The notes: a model not told the origin generated them from the sequence alone. A DNA stretch of 63,650 nucleotides, filler included, from Reticulomyxa filosa (GCA_000512085.1; 21 parts of 21 records of this genome joined end to end with filler, not necessarily neighbours in it), one strand, 5' to 3'; shown: positions 25,918 through 36,540, counted from the whole stretch's first letter. A program made the numbers and translations.

Positions 25918-27276
25918 ATGATGATTGCAACTCTCAAAAGAACTGGCCTTAGACAAGGAGTACTAAACAAGAGGCCAATCTGGAGCATTATTCCTTGTGT
26001 TTCGTCAGACGACTTCGTCAATCCAAAGCATATCAAGCGTCATTGGACGAACAACATCAAATGAATCAATACAAGAAAAAGCTACAGGGACAACAAGGTG
26101 CATTATCAAAAATAGCACCATCTCCTGAATCAAAACATGAACGATCATTAATTCAGGACATGGAATCTGATAAAGAAATTCTTCAATATCTCAAGGAAAG
26201 TTCATCTCAAGATATATCTCTCTATACTGTAGCTGTTAAAAGATGCTCAGAACTAAAATGCCCCAATTCAATCATTCGAATTATTGATATTCTGCAAAGC
26301 AAACATATTCATCCAAATATCATATTTTATACCACAATTTTACATCATTTGGGAATGTGGAATAAATTTGATTTACAAAGACAATACTTTCGACAATGGT
26401 TTGAAAGACAACAAGATCAATCTGATCATCAATTGTTGATTCCTAATATCATTACATTTAATACAATGATCAAAGGATGCACAAAAAGAGGAGATTTTAG
26501 ACAGGCATTATATTATCTCCATTTGATGGTTGACAAATATAACATCCAACCAAATTTGATTACTTGTACATCCCTATTATCAGTTTGTGCAAATGCACAA
26601 GATATTCAAAGTGCTGAATTGATTTGGAATAAAATGGTACATGAATTTAATGTCGATATTAACATAATTTCAATCAATTCAATGTTGAATGTATATGCAA
26701 AATGTGGAGAAACAAATAAGATGATGGAAATATTGAATTATTCACAACGACCAGAAAAGTTTATTCCAATCACTGAAATAACATGTACAACAATTATGTC
26801 AGGATTTTTGAAGGCGAATAAAATACAAGAGATGTTTGATTTCTATGATAGTCAAATCCCAAAATTAGCTTTGAATAATAATATTAACTTGCATTATATG
26901 CTCATAATAAAATTGAAAAGTGTGGGACATTTGAAAATAATGGAAACATTAGATGGAAATGAAATTGAAAAATTATCATTTCATCATCAGCAATTTTTGG
27001 ATATTTTTGAAAATAAGTTGTATCCTAATATTAAATTTAAACCTACCTCTATTTCATTGAAAGATGTATGTTCTTTGATAGACATGTATGTGTTATTGAA
27101 TAAGAAATCATGGATGAAAGCAGTGAAAGATGTTGAAACAATATTGCTTCAAAAATCCAATTACACTCATCCATTAAGTTATTGGAAACCAGATATTTTA
27201 AATAGAAAACAAACATTATTGGACTTTAGTTACTTTTCAACCACTGCAACATGTTTTATGTTACGTTATTTGATGA
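25918..27276 (+). CDS. Pentatricopeptide-repeat (PPR) protein, 3'-partial; possible SMR-like domain starting at the contig end; possible organellar targeting peptide in a shifted frame from ATG 25918
   Basis: PNIIFYTTIL, PNIITFNTMIKGC, PNLITCTSLLSVC, ISINSMLNVYAKCG, ITCTTIMSGF at roughly PPR spacing. Confidence 0.85.
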
Positions 27277-27376
27277 NNNNNNNNNNNNNNNNNNNNNNNN
27301 NNNNNNNNNNNNNNNNNNNNTTAATTAATTAANNNNNNNNNNNNNNNNNNNNNNNNNNNNNNNNNNNNNNNNNNNN

Positions 27377-27520
27377 TCTTCTCGAATGTTTCTTTCTTTA
27401 CACCGGTTAAACGGCGAAATTGGTCTGAATTTAACCCTTTGATAGCTTCGTATTTCATAACTTCCTATATTAGTTACTAAATACTTTTTAATCTATTTCT
27501 TTTAGTTTCGAAAGAAGTCT
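27377..27520 (-). mobile_element. End of an IS5-family (ISL2-like) element with transposase N-terminus (CDS 27458 to contig edge)
   Basis: MKYEAIKGLNSDQFRRLTGVKKETFEK; candidate terminus AGACTTCTTTCGAAAC at 27520. Confidence 0.75.
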
Positions 27521-27879
27521 ATTATTGATAACTTCAACTTCAGTCTTAACTTTTGGCTTTGATTCTGGCCTTTTAGGCTTATCATATTTGAAGTAATGCA
27601 ATGAATTTTTAAGGATATAAAAATTGCCAACTTTTTAGTTATGGGATTGATTTTTTCTTCACCACTGAATTCAATAATACCTGATATATTGAATTGACTG
27701 AGTACCTCATCATTTAGATATACCCCTTTGTCATTGATAGCGTTTAACTCGCTTAATTTAACTCGTAATTCTTCGGAGATATTTATAAACGCTGCTAATG
27801 TATCTGAAGATTTTGAATCTACAAATTTTAATGGCAATTTATCCAATGGAGTATTGCTAGACTTAACAATATTGATCAC
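27502..27879 (-). CDS. Hypothetical protein, 3' end overlapped or truncated by the IS
   Basis: 125-aa ORF whose last codons lie in the candidate IS terminus. Confidence 0.35.
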   Translation of the reverse strand: MINIVKSSNTPLDKLPLKFVDSKSSDTLAAFINISEELRVKLSELNAINDKGVYLNDEVLSQFNISGIIEFSGEEKINPITKKLAIFISLKIHCITSNMISLKGQNQSQKLRLKLKLSIIDFFRN

Positions 27880-28083
27880 TTTCTCTAATATAGATTTTAT
27901 ATTATCGATAGAGATTCTATGTTCTATTGTATCATTTTTATAACTGACAAATGTTCCATCATTATAGAGCCTATTGTTATAGGATAACTAATTATGCTTA
28001 ATAGATTGTTAATTTTCAAAAGTTAACTGTTTATTAAGATATTTAGTAGACAATCATAGCTATACACCAAATGGCGAATAGAT

Positions 28084-29046
28084 ATGAAAAAAGCTGAACT
28101 TAGACATGCATTTCAATTCATTGGAAATGTGGATGAGGCTGAAGAAAAAGCAGCAATTATAAAAGACTCACTTTATAATGCTGCGCAATATCTAGCGCAA
28201 AATCCAGATATTGAAAATCTCACTATAAAATTTCGCCAAGTTGGGCAGGATTTGGAAGGTGAAGCTGGTAGTTTGGAGCTTACTACTAAGCAAATCAATG
28301 AATTAAAAAAGGCTAACCTTTCTCGTGAAGAAATCAAAAATGGGATTTATCAAGAGTTGGAACATCCTGATTTTTTAAGAGTAGCTCATGCCCCTCAATC
28401 TCTAAAAGCTACTGCAAAATCTGAGCAATCATCAGTTCCCACTACTGCACCAGTTTCCAATAATGCTAGTCAATCGGTTAAAGAGAAGGATGAATACGAA
28501 TATACTCCTAATAAATATCAATTTAGCGAATATGATGTTGGTTGGGGTGAGAAACCTGAAAAAAAGTTTGATCCGCGCGCATTCAGTATAACTACATTAA
28601 TCAAAGCTATACCAAGTTATATGAAAGAGCACCCGGTTAAAGCCTCGATTATTATCGATGTTACTGCATTAGCAGTAGGAGGAATTATTGCTGCCTCAAT
28701 ATTTACCGGAGGAGCTGCAGGTGCTGGAGCAGCAGCTGGAATAGGAGTTTTAATAGGAACTGGGGTAGGAAAAGCTGCTTTAATTTCTTTAGCTTGTGCT
28801 GTAGGAGCTATAGGAACAGGAGTTTTAGCAGGCGATATATATACCTCAAACGAATACCGTGCTCAATTACAAACTGATAGGGTAAAAACTAATAGCAAAG
28901 AAGTAAAAGCTACTGAACCAGAAAGAGATAAGCAAAGAGTTAACAGTAAAGATGTTGAGAAAGATTTAGATAAAAAACAAACTAAAGCAAAATCCCAAAC
29001 TTGGAAAGATAAAGTCACAAGAGATCAGAGTGAAATTTCACGTTAA
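28084..29046 (+). CDS. Orphan protein with a Gly/Ala-rich hydrophobic hairpin; candidate secreted effector
   Basis: 320-aa clean ORF; long hydrophobic G/A-rich segment; charged tail ending WKDKVTRDQSEISR. Confidence 0.75.
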   Translation: MKKAELRHAFQFIGNVDEAEEKAAIIKDSLYNAAQYLAQNPDIENLTIKFRQVGQDLEGEAGSLELTTKQINELKKANLSREEIKNGIYQELEHPDFLRVAHAPQSLKATAKSEQSSVPTTAPVSNNASQSVKEKDEYEYTPNKYQFSEYDVGWGEKPEKKFDPRAFSITTLIKAIPSYMKEHPVKASIIIDVTALAVGGIIAASIFTGGAAGAGAAAGIGVLIGTGVGKAALISLACAVGAIGTGVLAGDIYTSNEYRAQLQTDRVKTNSKEVKATEPERDKQRVNSKDVEKDLDKKQTKAKSQTWKDKVTRDQSEISR

Positions 29047-29051
29047 AGCAG

Positions 29052-29676
29052 TTAACTTGCTTTTGATAGTTTAGTTAAACTGAGTTTTATTAATTTTTCC
29101 AAAGATATCTCATCATTTGCTGCCGCAATTTCATTTAATACTTTATAAGCATCTGTTCGATTAAACCCTAGGTTTGAAAGAGCGGATAACGCATCATCAA
29201 AATTATTTTTGATTACTGGGTTTTTGATTACTGGGTTAGATTTTTGTTCAAATTTACCTGAGAAAGATGAATTGGTAACTTGCTCCTTACTCTTTAACTC
29301 ATTGATTAATCTAGAAGCAATTTTAGGACCAACCCCGGAAATTTTTTTAAAAGTTTGTAAATCTGAAGATATAATGGCGGATGCTAATGTTTGAATATTT
29401 AACGCACTCAATATGCTGAGTGCCATTTTAGCACCCACTCCCTGTACGGTTTGCAATAACTTAAACCAATTTTTTTCCTCTAACACCTTAAACCCATAAA
29501 AGGCTAAGTTGATCTTCTTTAACTATCATCTCGATGTATATCACATATTCTGCGTTTAGCTTTAGATCCGATATAGTATTTGCAGTGCAAAACACCATAT
29601 AACCAACCCCATTTACATCGAGAATTATGTGATCATCGCCGATCGAATCAACTATACCCTTAAGCTTGCCTATCAT
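29052..29676 (-). CDS. ruvA: Holliday junction DNA-binding protein RuvA (homopolymer frameshift at ~29500)
   Basis: MIGKLKG...LDVNGVGY, VQGVGAKMALSILS, ISGVGPKIASRL, DALSALSNLGF. Confidence 0.95.
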
Positions 29677-29735
29677 AGTCAGAAAAAATTTTCTTTGAGT
29701 ATACCCATAAAAAAGTAATAAACGCAATAAAACGG

Positions 29736-29764
29736 TTGAATTATTGTTTCGATTTTAGCATAAT
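29736..29764 (+). promoter_or_regulatory. Candidate sigma70 promoter of tRNA-Leu
   Basis: TTGAAT-17 nt-CATAAT ending 13 nt upstream of the tRNA. Confidence 0.5.
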
Positions 29765-29777
29765 GTATTCACATCTT

Positions 29778-29863
29778 GCCCGCGTGATGGAATGGTAGAC
29801 ATAACGGACTTAAAATCCGTGGAGAGCAATCTCTTGCCGGTTCAAGTCCGGCCGCGGGTACCA
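29778..29863 (+). tRNA. tRNA-Leu(TAA)
   Basis: Acceptor GCCCGCG/CGCGGGT-ACCA, D-loop GGAATGGTAGAC, anticodon loop CTTAAAA, long variable arm, GGTTCAAGTCC. Confidence 0.95.
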
Positions 29864-30099
29864 TCTTAATCCATTCTCTCCTATTTTAATAAGGAATTCC
29901 AAGCTTATAAATTATAAGCAAATCAGCTATTTCTAATATGTAAAAATACAAAAACATATTTTCATATTGATATTTAATTATTTTTTTTGCTCTCTTTCCA
30001 GCGTCCTAGCTGAGAATTTAACGATTTATTAATTATTTATAGTGTAAAATACTTTATAACGATTACCTCAATAAATTTAGGATTTCGTTAGGAATATTA

Positions 30100-31234
30100 A
30101 AGAGCTAATCAAACATGAAGCATTTTCAGGAATACTCCTGATGTTCGCATTAGTTTTAGCCATAATTATCAGTAACAGTTTCTTATATAATCATTATTTA
30201 TCATTAGTAAATTTGCCAATCTCACTGAGCATTGGAAGCCTTGAAACTAAAGTTACCTTAATCAAATTGATAAATGACGGATTAATGGTCCTGTTCTTTT
30301 TATTAATAGGCTTAGAGTTAAAATATCATTTGATTAAAGGAGAATATAAAAGACGAAAGAAATTGATTCTGCCTATTGTAGCAGCTTTAGGGGATTTATT
30401 ATACCTGCAATCATATATATTTATTTTAATATCGGCAAGCCTACTATAGCAGGTTGGGCAATACCAGTAGCCACTGATACAGCTTTTGTTATAGGTATAT
30501 TATCATTCTTTGGCCGTAGAATTCCTTTAAGTTTACGAATTTTTATCATTGGTTTTTCATTAGTTGATGATGTCTTGGCTATCATTGTTTTAGCCATATT
30601 TTATACTAAAGAAATCAATTTGATTGCTTTCATCATATCATCCTTATTGATCATACTTTTATATATCATAAATCAAAAAAATGTTACTAAGTTGAGGTGG
30701 TATTTAGCAATCGGCTTTTTGCTGTGGATAGCTATTTTAGAAGCTGGTATCCATGGAACTTTAGCAGGTATAATTCTAGCATTTTTCATTCCTGTTAAAA
30801 GTGAAAATACTGATTTTTCACCAGTACAGAAGCTAGAAAAAGGTCTGCAACCATTGGTTAACTATGCGATATTACCTATATTTGCTTTCCTTAACTCTGA
30901 AGTTCCTTTAGCAGAGATGCAATTGGATGATTTATGCTACAGCTTAAGCATTGGTATCATTTTAGGTTTATTCATTGGTAAGCAATTAGGAATATGCCTG
31001 TTCTCTTATATAGCAATAAAACTGAATTATTGCGCTTTGCCAGAAAACACTACTTGGTTTCAATACTATGCTATAGCAGTTTTAGGAGGTATAGGTTTTA
31101 CACTAAGTTTATTTATAGGTTCCATCTCTTTCAGTGAAGATTGCTTCCTTAACACTATGAGAGCTTCTGTTTTAGTCGGCTCATTTATATCCGGTTTATT
31201 AGGAGTTATTTTGTTGAAGTATGTTAAAATATGA
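30100..31234 (+). CDS. nhaA: Na+/H+ antiporter NhaA (frameshift at ~30392; start uncertain)
   Basis: INDGLMVLFFLLIGLELK, GWAIPVATDTAF, VDDVLAIIVLAIFY, GIHGTLAG, GLFIGKQLGI, GIGFTLSLFI. Confidence 0.93.
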
Positions 31235-31271
31235 GAGATAATATCTACTTGATCTCTTTATTCAGAATCAA

Positions 31272-32526
31272 CTAAGCTTCCAATTTATCGTTTTCGTATT
31301 CAATATCTGTTAAAGATTCAACACCATGTAGCTTTTTTTGAATGGATCTACTTCTCACTTCAGCATCACCGATAACTTTACTTGCTTGATCTAGCTTTAA
31401 TTTAGTTTTACTTAAAATATCAGCGAATTTTAAAAATTCGGTTTTAACTACACTGAGTAATTTCCAAACTTCACTTGATCTTTTCTCGATAACTAAGGTT
31501 TGAATCCCATTTGCAAGCTATTCAGCAATGCAGCTAAAGTGGTAGGGCTAGTGATTACTATACGATAATCCCTTTGCAATACTTCAAGAAGGCCAGGCAG
31601 GCGAAGTATTTCAGCGTATAAGCCTTCAATTGGGAGAAACATTATCGCAAAATCAGTAGTAAATGGGGAGTGAATATATTTTTCTGAAATAGTTTTCGCA
31701 GACAGTTTAATACTATTTTCCAGCGATTTGCGTATCAGTTCAATCTGCTCTAAATTGGCTTGTTCTTGTGCTTCTATCAATCGCTGAAAATCCTCTATGG
31801 GAAATTTTGAGTCGATTGGTAACCAGATGCTTTTATCGTCTCTACCTGGAAGTTTAACCGCGAATTCAACGCGAAAATTATTTTCAGGATTGATAAGAAC
31901 ATTTTTCTCAAATTGCTCAGGAGTTAAGATTTGAGACATCAAGTTTTCTAATTGTACTTCTCCCCAAGCTCCCCTCACCTTTATATTGGTTAAAACTTTT
32001 TTAAGATCGCCTACGCCACTAGCTAGGCTTTGCATTTCACCGAGACCTTTATGCACAATTTCTAATCGCTCACTGACTAACTTGAAAGAATTGCTTAATC
32101 TTTTTTCAAGAGTTTCTTGCAATTTTTCTTCAACAGTTGCGCGCATTTTCTCTAGTTTTAAATCATTATTCATTTGCAATCTATGCAAGCTTTCTTCAAG
32201 AGTTTTACGGATATTTTCAGATTTAATTTCGTTTAATTTTACTAGGTTGTGAATTTGATTGTTGAAATTATCGAATTGATTCTTTTGCATTAAGCTCATA
32301 TTTTGCAACTGCGCATTTAACGAAGTTATCAATTGATTGAGTTGAAAATGCGATTCTTCTTTTAGAAGCTTAGTCGCCTCTTGATGACTGCTTTGATTGG
32401 CTTTTATATCCTCATTTAATACCGTTATAGATTTTTTAAGGCTACGAAATTGCAAAAAAAATAATAGCACTAATACGCCAAAGACAAATGCAATAGCTTC
32501 AATTAAATAAATATCTATTTTTCCAT
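31272..32526 (-). CDS. rmuC: DNA recombination protein RmuC (frameshifts at ~32520 and ~31498)
   Basis: GVGDLKKVLTNIKVRGAWGEVQL, LPIDSKFPIED, TTDFAIMFLPIEGLYAE, LNSLQMGF followed by IEKRSSEVWKLL in the next frame. Confidence 0.93.
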
Positions 32527-32591
32527 TAATTTATACAGTAATTTTATTTTCTATAACATCTATCAATTTGCTTAATATGCAAGCAATCTCT

Positions 32592-33914
32592 TTAATTTAG
32601 TCCTTTAGGGCTTCCAGGGTTTTCAACAGCAAAATTTGGATTTTGAAATGGCATGTTATTATTTCGTAAGCTCTGAGGATTGTTATTAGGAAAACTATTG
32701 GGATTTGGAACTAAATCTTGAGCCAGCTTAGAAAAAAATATTGCTTGAAACTCCCTTGCAAGATCATAAAAATCATTTCCTGAAATAGTGGTACCTTTTT
32801 TATCGCGAACTAATTGATACTTTATTTCATCGTCTGTAACATTCTTAGAAGAGAATTTTTTAATAAATTCAGCAAATTTATTAACTTGATCATCGGTTAT
32901 TTTATTTACTGGAATATGAGGAAACTGTGTTGCTAATTCCTCTATAGTCCTATTAATCACCTCAGCGTTATAATTTAAGAATTGCTTATAATTTTTTATA
33001 TCAACATTCAAATTAAAATAAGGCAAAGCCTCTTTTTGGTAGATTAATGAATTACCATTTGTGGCTATAGAAAATAAGTCGTTTTCGATATTTATCTTTT
33101 CAATTTTAATCTTCACTCTATCAAATTCATTAAGTAGTTCAACTTTTTTAGCATCTTTATTTTCTTTATCTACAAACCCTTTAAGTTCTAAAGCTATGTC
33201 GGTAGAAATTTTACCTATTTTAGAATAGAGATTATGAAATGCTTGTTCTTTCGCATTTGAAATTTTGTAATTAGGGTTCAGCTTGCAGTCAGATAAACTA
33301 GCTCTTATACCCCATGTTTGCGACTTTTTCCTAAATTCAGATACAACCCATATTCCTAAAGGGCCAGATGATAATTTTAATTGGTTGCCATTGCTTATAT
33401 CATAAACCTCTGACATATCATTATAGATTAAAAGTTCATTTATATAGATTGATAAATTATTCTCCCCCTGAGCAAAAAATTTATCTAATTTGCTTAATGA
33501 AATGCGCAGCTCTAATTTAATTTTAGGCTCACTAGCGGGTATAACTTCATAATTAAAAAGTTCAGTACTTAGATTTTTATAATTAAAGTTGTACTTTTTT
33601 GGAAATACAAAAACTAAAATATTTTTAATTGGGTTGCTATCTAAATTTATCCATTCGAATTTTAATTCACTATTTTTATAATAACCTTGAACGTTTTTAA
33701 GCGATACTTCTTCTATGACAGCCTTAACATTCCATGCTAAGAAATTTGAGAATTTGATATCCTTATACTTCAGTTCATAACCATGGCTTTCAAGATAATT
33801 TTTAGAATCTGCTAAAGTTGATTTAATTGTTTGAGTATGGACAAACCAGACGGTAAAATTTCCAATTACAGCGCTTATCCCTAATATGATAATCAAATAT
33901 ATAAATTTACGCAT
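32592..33914 (-). CDS. Hypothetical protein with an N-terminal membrane anchor (periplasm-facing)
   Basis: 440-aa clean ORF; MRKFIYLIIILGISAVIG N-terminal hydrophobic helix; N/P-rich tail. Confidence 0.8.
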   Translation of the reverse strand: MRKFIYLIIILGISAVIGNFTVWFVHTQTIKSTLADSKNYLESHGYELKYKDIKFSNFLAWNVKAVIEEVSLKNVQGYYKNSELKFEWINLDSNPIKNILVFVFPKKYNFNYKNLSTELFNYEVIPASEPKIKLELRISLSKLDKFFAQGENNLSIYINELLIYNDMSEVYDISNGNQLKLSSGPLGIWVVSEFRKKSQTWGIRASLSDCKLNPNYKISNAKEQAFHNLYSKIGKISTDIALELKGFVDKENKDAKKVELLNEFDRVKIKIEKINIENDLFSIATNGNSLIYQKEALPYFNLNVDIKNYKQFLNYNAEVINRTIEELATQFPHIPVNKITDDQVNKFAEFIKKFSSKNVTDDEIKYQLVRDKKGTTISGNDFYDLAREFQAIFFSKLAQDLVPNPNSFPNNNPQSLRNNNMPFQNPNFAVENPGSPKGLN

Positions 33915-34135
33915 ATTTTCAAATAATGTTTAGTTTAAATTATACTGTAAGCGATGAGCTAATTTGTCAACTGGCAAATTACAACAACAAATTATAATCA
34001 ATTCTATTTATTTGTTCATTCTAAGTATTTGGAAAAGTTGCTATAATCTTCTTAATATACCTGCAAAATTTTTTATAATAATTTGAACAATATAATGTCC
34101 TGTTTATTTAAATCTATATTGCTAATCCATTGATC

Positions 34136-34164
34136 TTGATATATGTACCTATGTGTGGTATATT
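34136..34164 (+). promoter_or_regulatory. Sigma70 promoter of higBA with an overlapping candidate HigA operator
   Basis: TTGATA(34136)-17 nt-TATATT(34159) with extended -10 TG; imperfect inverted repeat ATGTACC-N7-GGTATAT (34143-34163). Confidence 0.6.
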
Positions 34165-34187
34165 AATAAAAGGTAGTAACAATCTAC

Positions 34188-34439
34188 ATGATTAAAAGCT
34201 TCTCACATAAGGGATTAAAAAGGTTTTTTGAAAAAGGTGATAAGTCTGGAATACAACTAAATCATCAGAGAAAATTAACCTTAATTTTAGGTTTATTAAA
34301 TGAAGCTGCTAATGAACTTGATATGAATTTCCCCGGTTCTAATTTGCATCAACTAAAGGGGGATTTAAAAAGTCATTGGTCAGTGAAAGTAACTGGAAAT
34401 TGGCGGATAACATTTTATTTTGAAGATGGAAATGCATAA
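34188..34439 (+). CDS. higB: HigB (RelE/ParE family) toxin, C-terminally shortened
   Basis: MIKSFSHKGLKRFF, LHQLKGD, WSVKVTGNWRITF; ends FEDGNA*. Confidence 0.9.
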   Translation: MIKSFSHKGLKRFFEKGDKSGIQLNHQRKLTLILGLLNEAANELDMNFPGSNLHQLKGDLKSHWSVKVTGNWRITFYFEDGNA

Positions 34440-34752
34440 CCCACCCCATCCAGGAGAAATATTACTCGAGTTATATATGAAACCAACTGGTTTACAAGTT
34501 AATGATTTAGCTAAAATTCTTGATGTTGATCGGAAGACAGTATCCAGGATAATTAACAAGCACACAGGTATTTCGGTGGAAATGGCTATCAGACTTGCTA
34601 AAGCCTTTAATACCTCTGAAAAATTATGGCTAGGCTTACAACAATCTCATGATATCTGGAAAATACAACTAGAGCGCAGAGTTGATTTAGCTAAAGTAAA
34701 GTTTTATAGATTAGCCTTAAAAAACTTGGAAAAGAATAGAAATAGATCTTAA
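34426..34752 (+). CDS. higA: HigA HTH antitoxin
   Basis: MHNPPHPGEIL, HTH, ISVEMAIRLAKAFNTS..WLGLQ. Confidence 0.92.
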   Translation: MEMHNPPHPGEILLELYMKPTGLQVNDLAKILDVDRKTVSRIINKHTGISVEMAIRLAKAFNTSEKLWLGLQQSHDIWKIQLERRVDLAKVKFYRLALKNLEKNRNRS

Positions 34753-34771
34753 AAATTTGATTGAGTATCGT

Positions 34772-34848
34772 TGGCGCGCCCGATAGGAGTCGAACCCATA
34801 ACCTTTAGATCCGTAGTCTAACGCTCTATCCAATTGAGCTACGGGCGC
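34772..34848 (-). tRNA. tRNA-Arg(ACG)
   Basis: Reverse complement GCGCCCGTAGCTCAATTGGATAGAGC...CTACGGA...GGTTCGACTCC...GCGCGCCA, 77 nt. Confidence 0.95.
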
Positions 34849-34922
34849 CCTGAACAAGCTTATTATTTAACTGTAAACCCCTTATATGTCAAAGCAAAAT
34901 CTTACTAACAAGGTAATAACTA

Positions 34923-35723
34923 TTAAAATTTATGTTTTATTGAAGCTAAATATTTGGGATAAAACTTGATTAGATCATATGCGGTAAAATTATTCTTTTT
35001 CAAATTTAATTCAATTCCCGCATTACCATAGTAATAAATCGCACTTCTACAGGCTTCTAGAGGCTCTAAGCCTTGCGCTATATAACTAGCAATAATTCCT
35101 GCTAAAACATCGCCTGTTCCCCCTACTCGCATTTCTGGACAACCAGTGTGGTTTTCATATAAAGATTTTTCGCTGATTACATAATCTAACTTGCCTTTAA
35201 TGCAAAGGGTATGATTATATTTTTGTGCCATCTCCTTGGCGAACACTGGAGTAAAATCATTGCCATACAATCTTTTAAACTCTGCTTGATGAGGTGTAAG
35301 CACCCATTTTCCGTTACTATTTATAGATAATATCTCAGGTACAATCGCTTCAGCATCAATGACTATATTGGTTTTTACAAGCTTGAGGATTTCAATAATA
35401 GCTAGCTTAGTTTCTGCATTTGTATCAAGCCCATTACCGATAACCACTGCATCACAGCTATTCGCATTCTCAATGATTTTATCAACATCATGATTTGACA
35501 AATTTTCCTGATGAAAGGGATTTAGGAACAAATTGAGAGAGTAATTTTTGGCAGTATTCATATGCTCTGATGGCAAATAGACATTTATCAAATCTGCACC
35601 GGCTTTTTCCGCACCTAGAGCAGTTAATATTGGAGCCCCATAATATTTAGCGCTACCCCCGATAACTATTACTTTTCCTTTTTGACCTTTGTGCGAGTTA
35701 GGATCTTTATAAGGTAATTTCAT
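34923..35723 (-). CDS. nnrD: ADP-dependent NAD(P)H-hydrate dehydratase (stand-alone YjeF C-terminal domain)
   Basis: SHKGQKGKVIVIGGS..YYGAP, IGNGL, VIDAEA, LTPHQAEF, GGTGDVLAG. Confidence 0.9.
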   Translation of the reverse strand: MKLPYKDPNSHKGQKGKVIVIGGSAKYYGAPILTALGAEKAGADLINVYLPSEHMNTAKNYSLNLFLNPFHQENLSNHDVDKIIENANSCDAVVIGNGLDTNAETKLAIIEILKLVKTNIVIDAEAIVPEILSINSNGKWVLTPHQAEFKRLYGNDFTPVFAKEMAQKYNHTLCIKGKLDYVISEKSLYENHTGCPEMRVGGTGDVLAGIIASYIAQGLEPLEACRSAIYYYGNAGIELNLKKNNFTAYDLIKFYPKYLASIKHKF

Positions 35724-36310
35724 TATTGAATACGAATTAATCTTAATTTTATGCTAATGAATTTAACAGAAAAATATAGATAAATATGAAATTATTAACT
35801 GCCTAGAATTGACTAGGTTTATTTAGCTATCTCTAAAGCTAGTGAATGCGTAGCCCTTTGTTCACTTATCGTGATGGCAAAATCACTTCTAATTGTAGCC
35901 CCGATACTATTATGCTGCGTTGATAATATAAAATCATCTGATAATTCTTTGGCATATTCATTCCGCCCTAATCGGCTATGCTTCTCAAGCATGGAATTTA
36001 AACTTCCTGTGCTTTGGTCACGGTCTACAACTATTTCCTTGCCACGTGGATCATCTATAAATTTGCTCAAAGATTGGCATAACAAAAGCATTTGTGCTGG
36101 TAACGTATTGCAGATTAATACACTTGTATCTTTAAATTGTTGTGATGCATTAAAATTTCAAGATGCAACTTTGGAAAAGCAACTAATGTCTCTAGATCAA
36201 TTTGAGTAAATACATTGCAGTAACCCTGACTATGCTGCCTTTTTTCGCCCACCAGGATGACTTTTTTTTAAATTGGTTAATACTTCTAAATGAGTATTGA
36301 TTAAAATATA

Positions 36311-36540
36311 GGGGTTGCTACCTTAAAGATACATCAGCAAGTCTTCTTCAAATAAGAAGACTATGGCTAATTCAACCATAGCTGGAGATTTTGAATAGCA
36401 TCTTGACCAGCGCCTAAATCTAGCTAGATAATGCCTGACGTTGCAATTTATACCCTCAACTGTATATGTTCCACTCTTACTTTGCTTTAACTTTCTTGCT
36501 GGTAGTAAAGCTTTGTATATCTTCCAATGGTCAGTGCAAT
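36311..36540 (-). mobile_element. End of an IS1-family element; InsB DDE transposase C-terminus (stop at 36323)
   Basis: Manual translation CTDHWKIY...KSGTYTVEGINCNVRHYLARFRRWSRCYSKSPAMV; candidate terminus GGGGTTGCTACC at 36311. Confidence 0.85.

Noticed and set aside
29052-32526. ruvA, nhaA and rmuC (also hisC, hisD and FARS2) as pseudogenes or programmed frameshifts
   Set aside because: The breaks are single-base indels, mostly in homopolymers, with conserved sequence on both sides. They occur across unrelated organisms, which fits sequencing error.
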